Assembly: GCA_018823285.1 (NCBI GenBank)
Contig: JAHJIQ010000014.1
Span: 23,556-87,555, forward strand
Reading direction: 5' to 3'
Length of the DNA stretch: 64,000 nucleotides
Source: Pseudomonadota bacterium
Lineage (GTDB): Bacteria > Desulfobacterota > Desulfobulbia > Desulfobulbales > JAGXFP01
Of this stretch, positions 1 to 9,737 are shown in pieces. The translations under genes were made by a program, and so were the position numbers. Position 1 is the stretch's first letter; every line of letters begins with the position of its first letter. The notes under the pieces are model-generated. The model did no database searches. It was given only the letters and a program-made list of their open reading frames with translations, and was not told the DNA's origin.

Positions 1-1
1 G

Positions 2-1813
2 TGGCAATCGGCAACTCTCTACCGGGAAATTGCCGAGGCAAGCGAACAGCCGGACTGGGAAAAAGTCGGGAATCTGTTCCGCGAATATTCATCGGCGTTC
101 AAAGGCACCGCGCGGGCGGAAGAGGCATATATTGAAGTGGCCAGAGCCCACATCGAAATGAAGTCGCTCCGCGAGGGTCTGAGTTACATCAATTTGTTCA
201 TGAAAAGGTATCCCTCTTCGATTTTTACGCCACGGGTTCTGGCGATGAAGGCCGATCTGCTGATGAAAATCGGCAGACGGGAAGAAGCCCTTGAGTTGTG
301 CAGGAAATTCATCGTCAACAAATCAGAGGATTACAGGCATCAGTATCCGATAATTGCCTCGATCTTTCTCGATCTCGGCCAACCCGATATTGCAGTTTCA
401 CTCGTTGACCAGGCCGTTTCGTCCATTGCGCCACTGTCTGAAGAGCTTTTCCGGGTGCTGGCCGTGAAAGGACGGTCCCTGACCCTGATGGATTCCGATG
501 AAAAAACAAAGAAGGGGCAGGAGATCCTCTTCTACCTCGCCAATGTCTCTGAAGACAACAAATTGAGATCCCAGGTGTTTTTTGATGTGGCGGAAAGTGT
601 TCTCAAAAGCGGGGAGAAGGCGGCCGCGCAACATCTTTATGATAAGGTATTGGCACTGGTCGGCAAAAATGAGAGAGCTGCCGTTTTCAGCCGCTTCCGG
701 ATTTCTTTGATCGGGGATGAACAGCGGCGAGCTAACGAACTCCAAAACAAGGCGGTCCTTGAGAACCCTGCCGGAGACCAACCCTACCTTGAGGTACTGG
801 AGAATTTCCCGCAATATCCGATCGCCCAGGACGCCCGTCTCGGACTGATGAAACGGGTGCTCTTCAGAGGGGAATCCGACAACGCCTTTGATTTGGGGAA
901 GGCCTATCTGCAGAATGGCGGAGGGGATGCCAGGAAAACAGTTATTGGTGCCCTGGGGGGGATTCTGGTGAAAAAGATTGAAGGTGCTCTCGCTGAAGGG
1001 AAGAATCCTGATGCCTTCGAGCTGTATCGGCGTGAGCATGCCATTGTTCAGGAGTATCCTGAAGGCCGGCTTCTCTTTCTGGTCGGACAGGCGCTGGAAG
1101 CCATGAACCTGTATGACCAGGCGTCGGTTGTGTATTACCGGGCCGTTGCCCTGAACCATCCCGATGACCAGAAAAGTGAACTCTATATGCGCAGGGCGGC
1201 ATTGTACATTAAAAATGGTGACTTTACGGCGGCTGAGCGGCTGCTGAATTATCTGGCGGATATCTACCAGGAGCAGCGCGAATCAGGAGAGGTTTTTCAT
1301 CTTACCGGTCAACTGCGGAGCGCTCAGGGGAAAATTGATGAGGCGGCAGAAGCCTTCGCCCGTGCGATGAAAGTTCCTGAAACCGGGGAGCGGCGTTCTG
1401 TTTATGCCGCGGCCCTGGTCAGGGTGCTCCATGCCCAGAAAAAACTTGAAGAGATGGCCGTGGTTCTTGCGGAGGCGGCTGACAAGAAATGGCTTGCCGG
1501 GGAAGAGCTGCAGACCCTCTATGGTCTTCTTGGTGATACCCGTTTGGAGAGAGGGGAAGGAGGTCTTGCCCTGAAGGCATACCGTGCAGCGATTGAAGAT
1601 GGATTGCCGACCGAAGGTGAACGGGTTCAGACGATCCATCTCCGTCTTGGTGATATTCTGGCATCATGGGGGATCACCGACAAAAGCAGAAAGCACTATC
1701 AGTTTGCCAGCAAGGGGAGTAATGAAAGATGGAGCCAGGTTGCTCTGGAGAGACTGCAGCAGGACAAAATTGATCAAAGCGTTGCAGGCCTTCGGGGTGT
1801 TCTTGATAAATAA
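2..1813 (+). CDS. TPR/helical-repeat protein, 5' end outside the window
   Basis: The frame of ORF 137..1813 stays open back to position 2 with no stop, so the window edge truncates the gene. The product is made of repeated Ala/Leu/Tyr-rich helix pairs (EEALELCRKF, YDQASVVYYRAVALN, GLALKAYRAAIE) typical of TPR-like scaffolds. No catalytic motif seen. Confidence 0.6.
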   Translation, partial: WQSATLYREIAEASEQPDWEKVGNLFREYSSAFKGTARAEEAYIEVARAHIEMKSLREGLSYINLFMKRYPSSIFTPRVLAMKADLLMKIGRREEALELCRKFIVNKSEDYRHQYPIIASIFLDLGQPDIAVSLVDQAVSSIAPLSEELFRVLAVKGRSLTLMDSDEKTKKGQEILFYLANVSEDNKLRSQVFFDVAESVLKSGEKAAAQHLYDKVLALVGKNERAAVFSRFRISLIGDEQRRANELQNKAVLENPAGDQPYLEVLENFPQYPIAQDARLGLMKRVLFRGESDNAFDLGKAYLQNGGGDARKTVIGALGGILVKKIEGALAEGKNPDAFELYRREHAIVQEYPEGRLLFLVGQALEAMNLYDQASVVYYRAVALNHPDDQKSELYMRRAALYIKNGDFTAAERLLNYLADIYQEQRESGEVFHLTGQLRSAQGKIDEAAEAFARAMKVPETGERRSVYAAALVRVLHAQKKLEEMAVVLAEAADKKWLAGEELQTLYGLLGDTRLERGEGGLALKAYRAAIEDGLPTEGERVQTIHLRLGDILASWGITDKSRKHYQFASKGSNERWSQVALERLQQDKIDQSVAGLRGVLDK

Positions 1814-2087
1814 TGTCCCGTCAGTCGAAGTTGTTTCAGCCTGAACAAAAAAAGTACTTAAAAATTACCAGCCCGATGCGGTAGGATAGTCCTGTTGCAC
1901 TGACGTGCAGGGAGAGCCAGGCACCCTTCCCGTCAGCGTGAAGACCGAATTATGAGGTGAGGTAAGCCCGCTATCGGGTGGTTATTTCGCAACACCTGCC
2001 GGAAAGCTGCAGCAATGCTGATCCCGAAAAAAATATGAACACACGACAGCCTCCGGGTGTCATGAAACAGCCGGATATCAGGAAAAT

Positions 2088-3488
2088 ATGGATCGAGCCC
2101 CGAAAATACTGATTGTTGATAACGACCAGGAAATGCGCATCTCGCTTTTCGAGGCGATGAGCCGCAAGGGCTACGAGGTTTCGGTAGCTGAAAACGGCAG
2201 CATGGCCCTGAATATGGTCAAGCGCAATGCCCCGGATATCATGATTGCCGAGATCAGAATGCCTGAAATGGATGGCATGGAACTTCTCCGGAGCTGCCGC
2301 AAACATTACCCGGAAGTATCCATCATCCTGATCACCGCGCATGCCTCAATCGAAACGGCGGTCGAGGCGATGAAATGCGGGGCGTTTGATTATATCATCA
2401 AGCCCTTTCCGGTGGAGGTCGTTGAGGACACCGTCGAGAGGCTGATCATCTCGGCGATGAGCAGGCCTGCGCTGCAGACTGCCAGGGAAAGGACCAGGGG
2501 CAGAACCGAAAAACCGATTATCGGCAACGATAAAAAGCTCATGATGCTCATGGACCGGGCGCGAAGCGTTGCCTCCAGCAAGGCGACCGTTCTCGTGCTT
2601 GGTGAATCGGGTACCGGCAAGGAGGTTTTTGCCAGATACCTTCACAATGAAAGTGACAGGCGGGATGGCCCGTTTGTGGCTTTAAACTGTGCGGCGTTGC
2701 CGGAAACACTCCTTGAGAGCGAGTTGTTCGGCCATGAAAAGGGGGCTTTCACCGGTGCGGTCACCACCAAAAAGGGCAAGTTTGAACTGGCCGATCGCGG
2801 CACTCTGCTGCTCGATGAAATCGGGGAAATTCCCCTCCATCTTCAATCGAAACTCCTCAGGGTTCTCCAGGAAGAAGAGGTGGACCGGCTTGGCGGCAGA
2901 AATCCGATCAGTATCGATGTTCATGTTGTTGCCACCACCAATCGGTCTCTTGAAAATGCCGTCAGTGAAGGGGCTTTCCGCCAGGATCTCTACTATCGCC
3001 TCAATGTTATCCCTCTGGTTCTGCCGCCTCTGCGGGAACGTCCCGGCGACATTCTCATGCTGGCGGACCATTTTATTGAAAAATATTCGGTCCTCTACAA
3101 TAAAGAGTTCAAGAAGATGTCCGGCTCTTCGGTCAGCAGGTTTCTTGAGTACGAATGGCCGGGAAATGTCAGAGAGATGGAAAACCTGGTGGAAAGGGCG
3201 GTTCTTCTCTCCTCCGGCAGCATGCTCGATGTCGATGATTTCTGGATCAATGATAATGCCCCGATGGCCGGCAAAAAATCGCCGTTCGGTCCATCTTCTG
3301 CGGTAAGCTCCGTCATGGGGGTGCCGGACAAGATTCAGACTTTGAGGGAGGTTGAGCGTCAAATGATCCTACAGGCCCTTCGCCAGACCGACAATAATCG
3401 GACACATGCAGCCAAACTTCTGGGCGTCAGTGTCAGGACTCTTCGCAATAAACTTCATGAATACCGGACCCATGGTACTGTTGACTGA
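2088..3488 (+). CDS. Sigma-54-dependent transcriptional activator (NtrC family: receiver + AAA+ + Fis-type HTH), probable flagellar regulator
   Basis: Receiver-like N-terminus (ILIVDNDQE..PDIMIAEIRMPEMDG..LITAH..KPF). AAA+ core with Walker A GESGTGKE, the sigma-54 contact loop GAFTGA (EKGAFTGAV), Walker B LLLDEIGE and RQDLYYRLNV. C-terminal HTH NRTHAAKLLGVSVRTLRNKL. Sits directly upstream of flgB. Confidence 0.9.
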   Translation: MDRAPKILIVDNDQEMRISLFEAMSRKGYEVSVAENGSMALNMVKRNAPDIMIAEIRMPEMDGMELLRSCRKHYPEVSIILITAHASIETAVEAMKCGAFDYIIKPFPVEVVEDTVERLIISAMSRPALQTARERTRGRTEKPIIGNDKKLMMLMDRARSVASSKATVLVLGESGTGKEVFARYLHNESDRRDGPFVALNCAALPETLLESELFGHEKGAFTGAVTTKKGKFELADRGTLLLDEIGEIPLHLQSKLLRVLQEEEVDRLGGRNPISIDVHVVATTNRSLENAVSEGAFRQDLYYRLNVIPLVLPPLRERPGDILMLADHFIEKYSVLYNKEFKKMSGSSVSRFLEYEWPGNVREMENLVERAVLLSSGSMLDVDDFWINDNAPMAGKKSPFGPSSAVSSVMGVPDKIQTLREVERQMILQALRQTDNNRTHAAKLLGVSVRTLRNKLHEYRTHGTVD

Positions 3489-3696
3489 GTGCCGATTTCT
3501 CGTTGCCGCACCTTCATTCATTCCTGTCTTGTTATTCACAGATATTCAAATATATTAAATAATATCAGCTATTTGTCGTCGAGAAGAAGTGCCTTTCCCG
3601 CTGGAACGCAAGGAGGCATGTTCCATTGAGGTTCTGCTGCCGGAGGCTCAATGGAAGGCAATCATCCGCAAGGGTTAACCATTTGGTTGATTTTGC

Positions 3697-3712
3697 TGGC
3701 ATTTTTTTTGCA
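3697..3712 (+). promoter_or_regulatory. Sigma-54 (-24/-12) promoter upstream of flgB
   Basis: TGGCATTTTTTTTGCA: GG at 3698-3699 and GC at 3710-3711, the canonical spacing of TGGCACG-N4-TTGCW. It lies 49 nt upstream of the flgB ATG (3761). Confidence 0.65.
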
Positions 3713-3760
3713 AAGAAACAAGTCCAGCATATTTTCGTTCAATTTTCCGACAGGAGAAAA

Positions 3761-4147
3761 ATGATGGACAAGAAACTGTTCGGCGGGTTTGTCGATATCT
3801 CGGCACGGGCGCTTGATACCCGCTATGCCAGGCAGGGGCTGATCCAGACCAACATCGCCAATATGGAAACTCCGGGCTACAAGGTGCAGGAGCTTCCGTT
3901 CAGGAAGGTGATGGAAAGCGTGATGACCCAAAAAGGCGAGCTTGCCACGACCAATGCCAGGCATATTTCTCCTGATCCGGTCGAAACCGGCCGCAGTCTG
4001 GAGTTTAAACAGGAGGACCGACCGCCGGATCTTGATGAGGAAATGGTAAAACTTTCCGAGAACCAGTTGATGTATGAATTGTCAACCAGGCTTGTCGGGA
4101 AAAAATTTGAAGGGCTCAAGTATGCCATTGATGAAGGAGGCCGCTGA
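3761..4147 (+). CDS. flgB: Flagellar basal-body rod protein FlgB
   Basis: From the internal ATG at 3761 (AGGAG 8-9 nt upstream) the product reads MMDKKLFGG..RQGLIQTNIANMETPGYK, the flg_bb_rod N-terminal signature. The 45-codon extension back to 3626 overlaps the predicted promoter and has no homology features. Confidence 0.9.
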   Translation: MMDKKLFGGFVDISARALDTRYARQGLIQTNIANMETPGYKVQELPFRKVMESVMTQKGELATTNARHISPDPVETGRSLEFKQEDRPPDLDEEMVKLSENQLMYELSTRLVGKKFEGLKYAIDEGGR

Positions 4148-4150
4148 TAA

Positions 4151-4585
4151 ATGGATATCCTGACCGCGATGAAGATAAGCGCTTCGGCCCTGAAGGCCGA
4201 AAGAACAAGGCTGAATATCAGTGCCATGAATCTTGCCAACGCCAACACCACCCGGACGGTTGAAGGCGGCCCGTACAAGGCGAAATCGGTCGTCTTCGGG
4301 GCAAGACCGCTGGAAAATGATTTCAGCGGTCATCTTGATCTGGCCGGCGCAAAGCTCAGGAAGGTAGAGGTGGTTGAGATCATTGAAGATAAGGCGCCTT
4401 TTAAAGAGGTTTACGATCCCTCTCATCCCGATGCGAATGAAAACGGGGTCGTCCTGATGCCCAATGTGAATGTGGTGGAACAGATGACCGATATCATGAG
4501 CGCCAGAAGGGCGTATGAGGCAAACGTGACTGCTCTGGATGCGGTCAAAAGCATGGCCCTGAAGGCTATGGATATCAGCAGGTAA
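4151..4585 (+). CDS. flgC: Flagellar basal-body rod protein FlgC
   Basis: MDILTAMKISASALKAERTRLNISAMNLANANTTRT at the N-terminus and SARRAYEANVTALDAVKSMALKAMDI at the C-terminus, the classic FlgC ends. Positioned after flgB. Confidence 0.95.
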   Translation: MDILTAMKISASALKAERTRLNISAMNLANANTTRTVEGGPYKAKSVVFGARPLENDFSGHLDLAGAKLRKVEVVEIIEDKAPFKEVYDPSHPDANENGVVLMPNVNVVEQMTDIMSARRAYEANVTALDAVKSMALKAMDISR

Positions 4586-4617
4586 CCGCAGAAAAAAAAG
4601 ACCCGGGAGAAACAGGA

Positions 4618-4923
4618 ATGATCAAGGATATTGGTGGTGTGAATGGTCTGCTGCAGAACAATCCGGCGGTAACGAAAGGGGGGGCAACCGGCGGCGATGG
4701 CGCGGCAGGATTTGCCGACCTGCTCAAAAGTCAGGTGGCCACGGTAAACGAAGCGATGCAGGAAGCTGACCAGGCTGCAACCGGGCTGGTTACCGGGCAG
4801 CATGCAAACATTCATGAGACGATGATCGCTCTTGAAAAGGCCAACGTTTCCTTCCGGCTGATGACCAAGATCCAGGGCAAGGTGATCAGTGCCTATCAGG
4901 AAATCATGAGGATGCAGCTTTAA
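4618..4923 (+). CDS. fliE: Flagellar hook-basal body complex protein FliE
   Basis: 101 aa. C-terminal ETMIALEKANVSFRLMTKIQGKVISAYQEIMRMQL matches the FliE family pattern. Synteny flgC-fliE-fliF. Confidence 0.9.
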   Translation: MIKDIGGVNGLLQNNPAVTKGGATGGDGAAGFADLLKSQVATVNEAMQEADQAATGLVTGQHANIHETMIALEKANVSFRLMTKIQGKVISAYQEIMRMQL

Positions 4924-4994
4924 GAACTGCCGGATTCCGGGGTTTGTAAACAGATGGTCGGGCTGGGCGCAAACAGCCCGTAAAGGAACTAGGT

Positions 4995-6614
4995 ATGGCT
5001 TCATACAAAGAGATGATGGACCAGGTGCTCGCCAATCTCAAGGGGCTCAGCATGGGGCAGCGGGTGGCGGCCCTGCTTCTGGTTGCGGTTGTGGTCGGCG
5101 GGTTGATGAGCATCACCACCGTCGGCGGCAGGCTCGATCAGAAGGTGTTGTATTCGGGACTTGCGGAAGAAGATGCGGCGGAGGTCGTTGCCAGGCTGAA
5201 GGACCTGCGGACGCCGTATACCCTGGAAAATAACGGGACCACCATCATGGTCCCGGCAAACCAGGTGTACGAGACGAGGCTTTCGCTGGCCGGTGAGGGG
5301 TTGCCCAGGGGCGGCGGGGTCGGTTTCGAGATCTTCGATAAGACCAGCTTCGGTACCACCGATTTTGTCCAGAGGATGAACTATCAGAGGGCGCTGCAGG
5401 GAGAACTGGCCAGGACCATCCGCCAGTTTCATCAGGTACTGGAGGCGCGGGTCCACCTGGCGACCCCCAAGGAGTCGGTATTCATTGAAGATGAAAAACC
5501 GGTCACCGCATCGATCAGTGTCAAGCTGAGAGGGAATGCCGGGCTGTCCAAACTCCAGATTTCCAGTATCGTGAATCTGGTCGCCACTGCCGTGCCGGGA
5601 TTGAGCAGTGACAACGTCACCCTGGTGGATACAACCGGCAGACTGCTGTATCGGAAGGATGGCGAGAGCGGCAGCATCATGACCGCAACCCAGCTTGAGT
5701 ATCAGCAGCATCTGGAAAACAGCCTGCGCCAGAAGGTCGAGAGCATGCTTGAGGAAGTGGTCGGGGTCAACAAGGTGAAGGCGCGGGTCACCGCCGATAT
5801 CGATTTTAACAGGGTAAACGTGACCGAGGAGAATTTCGACCCGGAAGGACAGGTGATCCGGAGTGAACAGTTCATGGTCGAAGGCGACAACCGGGAAGGT
5901 CTTGATCCCGGTGGAGTGCCGGGCGCCAAGGGAGACCTTGCCTCCTTTGCCGGGACCGGCAGCGGCGGGGCCGCGGCAAACGGATACCAGCGCAACAACA
6001 TTACCAGGAATTACGAAGTGAGCCGGGTGACCAGGCAGACCCAGGAAGCAAGCGGGATCATTAAAAGATTGTCGGTGGCCGTTATGGTTGACGGCAAGTA
6101 TGAAGCAGCGGCGGCCGGAGAGGGAGAAACTCCGGTCCTCACGTATGTTCCGCGGTCCGCCGAAGAACTCGCCTGGTTTGACAAGCTGGTGAAAAATACC
6201 ATCGGCTACAATGAGGAGAGGGCGGACCAGGTGGAGGTTGTTTCCATGTCCTTTGCCGCCTCGACCACCACGGAACCGAAAGAGACCTTGACAGACAAGT
6301 TGAGGCCATTCCTGGATCTGCTCCTGATGCCGATGGTCTACCTGGGGCTGGCCTTGATGGTCCTGCTGCTGGTCATCAGACCGCTGTTCAAGGTTCTGAC
6401 CAGTCCGTCAGCGATGTCATCGGGGGCGCTCCCGGGGAATCGATTCCAGACAGTTGTCGGAGGTGACATGGGGGGCATGATGCCTTCCGGTGATGAGGAT
6501 ATTTCCCTGATGCCGAAAGGGATGACCGACAAAGAGAAGATGTATAAACTGGCCCAGACCGATCCGGACCGGGCTGCGGATCTCGTCCGGCGATGGCTGC
6601 GCGAGGGTGTGTAA
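4995..6614 (+). CDS. fliF: Flagellar M-ring protein FliF
   Basis: 539 aa. N-terminal TM (VAALLLVAVVVGGLM), YscJ/FliF domain (LYSGLAEEDAAEVVARLKD..YTLENNGTTIMVP), C-terminal TM and an acidic FliG-binding tail. Confidence 0.95.
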   Translation: MASYKEMMDQVLANLKGLSMGQRVAALLLVAVVVGGLMSITTVGGRLDQKVLYSGLAEEDAAEVVARLKDLRTPYTLENNGTTIMVPANQVYETRLSLAGEGLPRGGGVGFEIFDKTSFGTTDFVQRMNYQRALQGELARTIRQFHQVLEARVHLATPKESVFIEDEKPVTASISVKLRGNAGLSKLQISSIVNLVATAVPGLSSDNVTLVDTTGRLLYRKDGESGSIMTATQLEYQQHLENSLRQKVESMLEEVVGVNKVKARVTADIDFNRVNVTEENFDPEGQVIRSEQFMVEGDNREGLDPGGVPGAKGDLASFAGTGSGGAAANGYQRNNITRNYEVSRVTRQTQEASGIIKRLSVAVMVDGKYEAAAAGEGETPVLTYVPRSAEELAWFDKLVKNTIGYNEERADQVEVVSMSFAASTTTEPKETLTDKLRPFLDLLLMPMVYLGLALMVLLLVIRPLFKVLTSPSAMSSGALPGNRFQTVVGGDMGGMMPSGDEDISLMPKGMTDKEKMYKLAQTDPDRAADLVRRWLREGV

Positions 6615-6617
6615 GAA

Positions 6618-7643
6618 ATGGCTAAGGTGAAAAAAGAGGGGTCCCCGGAAAATCTGACCGGGCCTGAAAAGGCGGCGATCTTTCTCCTGACCCTGGGTGA
6701 GGACTTCGCTTCACAGGTTTTCAAGCGTCTGGACAGCGATGATATCAAGACGGTCGGCCGTTTCATGTCCAAGATCGACAAGGTCGACAAGAACGATGTC
6801 GCGGCCCTGCTCGATGAGTTCAAGACCGATTCCGGCGATCATGATCTTTTCCTTTCAGGCGATGACATGCTCGAGCAGGCCCTGAAAAAGGCCCTGTCCG
6901 GCGACAAGGCCCATGAGCTGCTGGACGAGATCCGGTCGGACTGGAAACTGACCCTGTTCCAGAAAGCGAGAAAGCTCGAACCGAAAGTCCTGGTCAATTT
7001 CCTGACCAATGAACATCCCCAGACCATCGCGCTTCTCCTGTCGGTGCTGGACTATGCCCAATCGGCGGAGATTCTTTCCGAACTGAAGGAGGAGGTCCAG
7101 ATCGAGGTCGTGATGCGGATGGCCGAACTCGACAAGGTCAGCCCGGAAATCCTGGTGGAAATAGACCGGGTCTTGAACGAGGAGCTGATCTCCGTAGAAG
7201 GTATGGAAGGGCAGCGGCTGGGCGGGGTTGAGACCGTGGCCGAGATCCTGAATAACGCCGACCGCGCCCTTGAGGCTGCGGTCCTTGAAGGGGTTGAGGA
7301 ACAGCGGGAAAGTCTGGCCGATGAGATCAGGCGGTTGATGTTCGTCTTTGATGATCTTTACAATGTTGACGATCGGGGGATCATGGCCATTCTGAAAGAG
7401 GTGAGCACCGACGATCTGAAGCTCGCCCTGAGAACATCCACCGACGATCTGAAGGAGAAAATATTCAAGAACATGTCCTCCAGGGCCGTGGAGATGCTCA
7501 AGGAGGATATGGAAATCATGGGACCGGTTCGGGTCAAGGATGTTGAGGGGGCGCAGCAGTCCATTCTCAAGGTCGCCAAACGGCTTGAACAGGAGGGTAA
7601 GGTACAGTTGATGGGCGGCGGTGGTGACGATGAGTTCGTATAG
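6618..7643 (+). CDS. fliG: Flagellar motor switch protein FliG
   Basis: 341 aa. LTGPEKAAIFLLTLGED start, EHPQTIALLL, and the C-terminal torque-helix region MSSRAVEMLKEDME..VRVKDVEGAQQSIL. Confidence 0.95.
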   Translation: MAKVKKEGSPENLTGPEKAAIFLLTLGEDFASQVFKRLDSDDIKTVGRFMSKIDKVDKNDVAALLDEFKTDSGDHDLFLSGDDMLEQALKKALSGDKAHELLDEIRSDWKLTLFQKARKLEPKVLVNFLTNEHPQTIALLLSVLDYAQSAEILSELKEEVQIEVVMRMAELDKVSPEILVEIDRVLNEELISVEGMEGQRLGGVETVAEILNNADRALEAAVLEGVEEQRESLADEIRRLMFVFDDLYNVDDRGIMAILKEVSTDDLKLALRTSTDDLKEKIFKNMSSRAVEMLKEDMEIMGPVRVKDVEGAQQSILKVAKRLEQEGKVQLMGGGGDDEFV

Positions 7644-7651
7644 GATCCGGT

Positions 7652-8404
7652 ATGGCGATCATGAAAAACAGCAGTGGTGAAACCAACCCGGGATTCACCC
7701 CCTTCACGAGCATCCTGAGCCAGCATGAGGGAGAAAGGGTCTATGCGAGCGTTGACCCCGGTAAATTAAAGAGAGATGCCGAGGAGCAGGCCCGGATTTC
7801 AGCTGCCGAAATAGTCAGCAAGGGCAAGGCGGAGGCTGGCGAGACCCGGCAGAAGGCCTATGATGAAGGGTTTGCCAGGGGTCGCGAGGAAGGGCTTGCT
7901 GCAGTCAGGCGGGAGCACGATGCCATGCTTGTCCGGCTTCGTGAGCTGATGCAGGAGATTGAGGCCCGATGCGCGGGTGCGGTTGACCTGTTTGCCGAAC
8001 AGGAGGTGCTTGAGCTGGTCAAGGTCATGGTTGAACGACTGGTCAATCACGAGGTTTCCGTCAATCCGAGGGTCATCAGGGCGACGCTCATCAAGGCCTT
8101 GAGCTATGTAGTGGAAAATTCCGAGGTCCGGGTGTCGTTGAACCCGGATGATTTCAATCGGCTGAAGGAAGCGGGTCTTGAAGAGGCCGTGCTCCTTGAA
8201 GGGCTCTCCCGGATTCAGCTGATGGAGGATCACGCCATTGAAGCGGGAGGGTGCCTGCTGAACACCGATTACGGTGAAATCGACGCGACCCTTGCCAATC
8301 GGCGGCAGAAACTTTATCAGGCAGTGGACCGGGCGTTCATGTCGGCGCTCGCCAAAGACGTTCCGCCGGAAGATGACGGCGGCAAAGAAGAGGGCCGCAG
8401 ATGA
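7652..8404 (+). CDS. fliH: Flagellar assembly protein FliH
   Basis: 250 aa. Charged coiled-coil N-terminal half, then the FliH/YscL-type C-terminal domain (VNPRVIRATLIKAL..VRVSLNPDDF..GGCLLNTDYGEIDATL). Stop overlaps the fliI start (ATGA). Confidence 0.8.
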   Translation: MAIMKNSSGETNPGFTPFTSILSQHEGERVYASVDPGKLKRDAEEQARISAAEIVSKGKAEAGETRQKAYDEGFARGREEGLAAVRREHDAMLVRLRELMQEIEARCAGAVDLFAEQEVLELVKVMVERLVNHEVSVNPRVIRATLIKALSYVVENSEVRVSLNPDDFNRLKEAGLEEAVLLEGLSRIQLMEDHAIEAGGCLLNTDYGEIDATLANRRQKLYQAVDRAFMSALAKDVPPEDDGGKEEGRR

Positions 8405-9708
8405 ATCTGGCGTTGCCGATCCAGGAGGCGGGCCGGGTTGTTCTGGAGTCGGTCCGGGGCAGAGTCAGCCAGGTGATCGGGATGGTGATCGAGAGCGATG
8501 GTCCGGGCATTCCGGTCGGTAGTATCTGTGAGGTGGATGTTTACCGCGGTGGCGGCAAGGTGCGGGCCGAAGTGGTCGGCTTCAAGGGGGACAAGGTCCT
8601 GCTGATGCCCCTTGGCGAGATGCGGGGGGTTGAGCCGGGCAGTTTGATCAATCTTATTGGCGACCAGGCCGAGGTGCCGGTTTCTGAGGCGTTTCTGGGC
8701 CGGGTGATCGACGGTTTCGGCAATCCCATGGACGGCAAGGGGCCGATCCATTCGGAAGTGACCTATCCCCTCTACGCGGCGCCGTTGAACCCGATGGAGC
8801 GGGAGCGAATCCTTGAACCCGTTGATGTCGGAGTCCGGGCGATCAATGGCCTTCTGACCCTCGGCAAGGGGCAGCGGATCGGCATTCTCGCCGGTTCCGG
8901 GGTCGGCAAGAGTACCCTGCTGGGGATGATCGCAAGGCACACCGCCGCTGATATCAGTGTCATCGCCCTGATCGGGGAGCGGGGCAGGGAACTGAAGGAT
9001 TTTATCGAACGGGATCTCGGCAAAGAGGGACTTGCCCGGTCGGTGGTGGTCGTGGCGACCTCGGACCAGCCGCCGCTCGTCAGGATGCGGGGGGCGTACC
9101 TCGCGATGGCCATTTCTGAATATTTCCGCGATCTGAACCGTGATGTGATCCTGATGATGGATTCGGTCACCAGGTTTGCCATGTCGAGCCGGGAGGTCGG
9201 ACTTGCCATCGGTGAGCCGCCGACCTCCAGGGGATATACCCCATCGGTGTTCTCCCAGTTGCCGAAACTCCTGGAACGGGCCGGATCGTGCCAGGGAAAG
9301 GGGAGCATTACCGGGATCTACACCGTCCTGGTGGAGGGCGACGATATGAACGAGCCCATCGCCGATGCAGTGCGCTCGATCGTCGACGGCCATATCCTGT
9401 TGAGCCGCGACCTGGCCAGTCACGGGCATTATCCGGCCATTGAAGTTCTGGGCAGTGTCAGCCGGTGCATGACTGATGTGGTCTCTGCGGCACAGGTCGA
9501 GAGCGCCCACGGTTTTCTTGATCTGCTTGCCACCTATCGGCGTTCCGAAGATCTGATCAATATCGGCGCCTATGCCGCCGGGAGCAACCCGAAAATCGAC
9601 CGGGCGATCGGCAAAATCGATTCATTGAACAGGTATCTCCGGCAGCGGGTTGAAGAGAAGGTGACTTTTGCCGACAGTGTGCAGCCGTTAAAAGCGCTGC
9701 TCAACTGA
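8401..9708 (+). CDS. fliI: Flagellum-specific ATPase FliI
   Basis: 435 aa. Walker A GSGVGKST, Walker B VILMMDSVTRFA, F1/T3SS-ATPase core (GSITGIYTVLVEGDDMNEPIAD). Confidence 0.95.
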   Translation: MNLALPIQEAGRVVLESVRGRVSQVIGMVIESDGPGIPVGSICEVDVYRGGGKVRAEVVGFKGDKVLLMPLGEMRGVEPGSLINLIGDQAEVPVSEAFLGRVIDGFGNPMDGKGPIHSEVTYPLYAAPLNPMERERILEPVDVGVRAINGLLTLGKGQRIGILAGSGVGKSTLLGMIARHTAADISVIALIGERGRELKDFIERDLGKEGLARSVVVVATSDQPPLVRMRGAYLAMAISEYFRDLNRDVILMMDSVTRFAMSSREVGLAIGEPPTSRGYTPSVFSQLPKLLERAGSCQGKGSITGIYTVLVEGDDMNEPIADAVRSIVDGHILLSRDLASHGHYPAIEVLGSVSRCMTDVVSAAQVESAHGFLDLLATYRRSEDLINIGAYAAGSNPKIDRAIGKIDSLNRYLRQRVEEKVTFADSVQPLKALLN

Positions 9709-9737
9709 ACCGCAAACAGACTCCGTCGTGAAAAAAT

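Noticed and set aside
1971-2342. 123-aa minus-strand ORF overlapping the activator gene start
   Set aside because: It overlaps the well-supported receiver domain on the opposite strand, and there are no supporting signals.
3626-3760. 45-codon N-terminal extension of flgB given by the ORF track
   Set aside because: The extension has no similarity to FlgB, overlaps the predicted -24/-12 promoter, and the internal ATG at 3761 has a proper AGGAG RBS and gives a canonical FlgB N-terminus.
8317-9510. 397-aa ORF antisense to fliI
   Set aside because: It is a shadow ORF in GC-rich DNA. The product is Arg/Pro/Gly/His-rich low complexity with no motifs, while the opposite strand encodes an unmistakable FliI ATPase.
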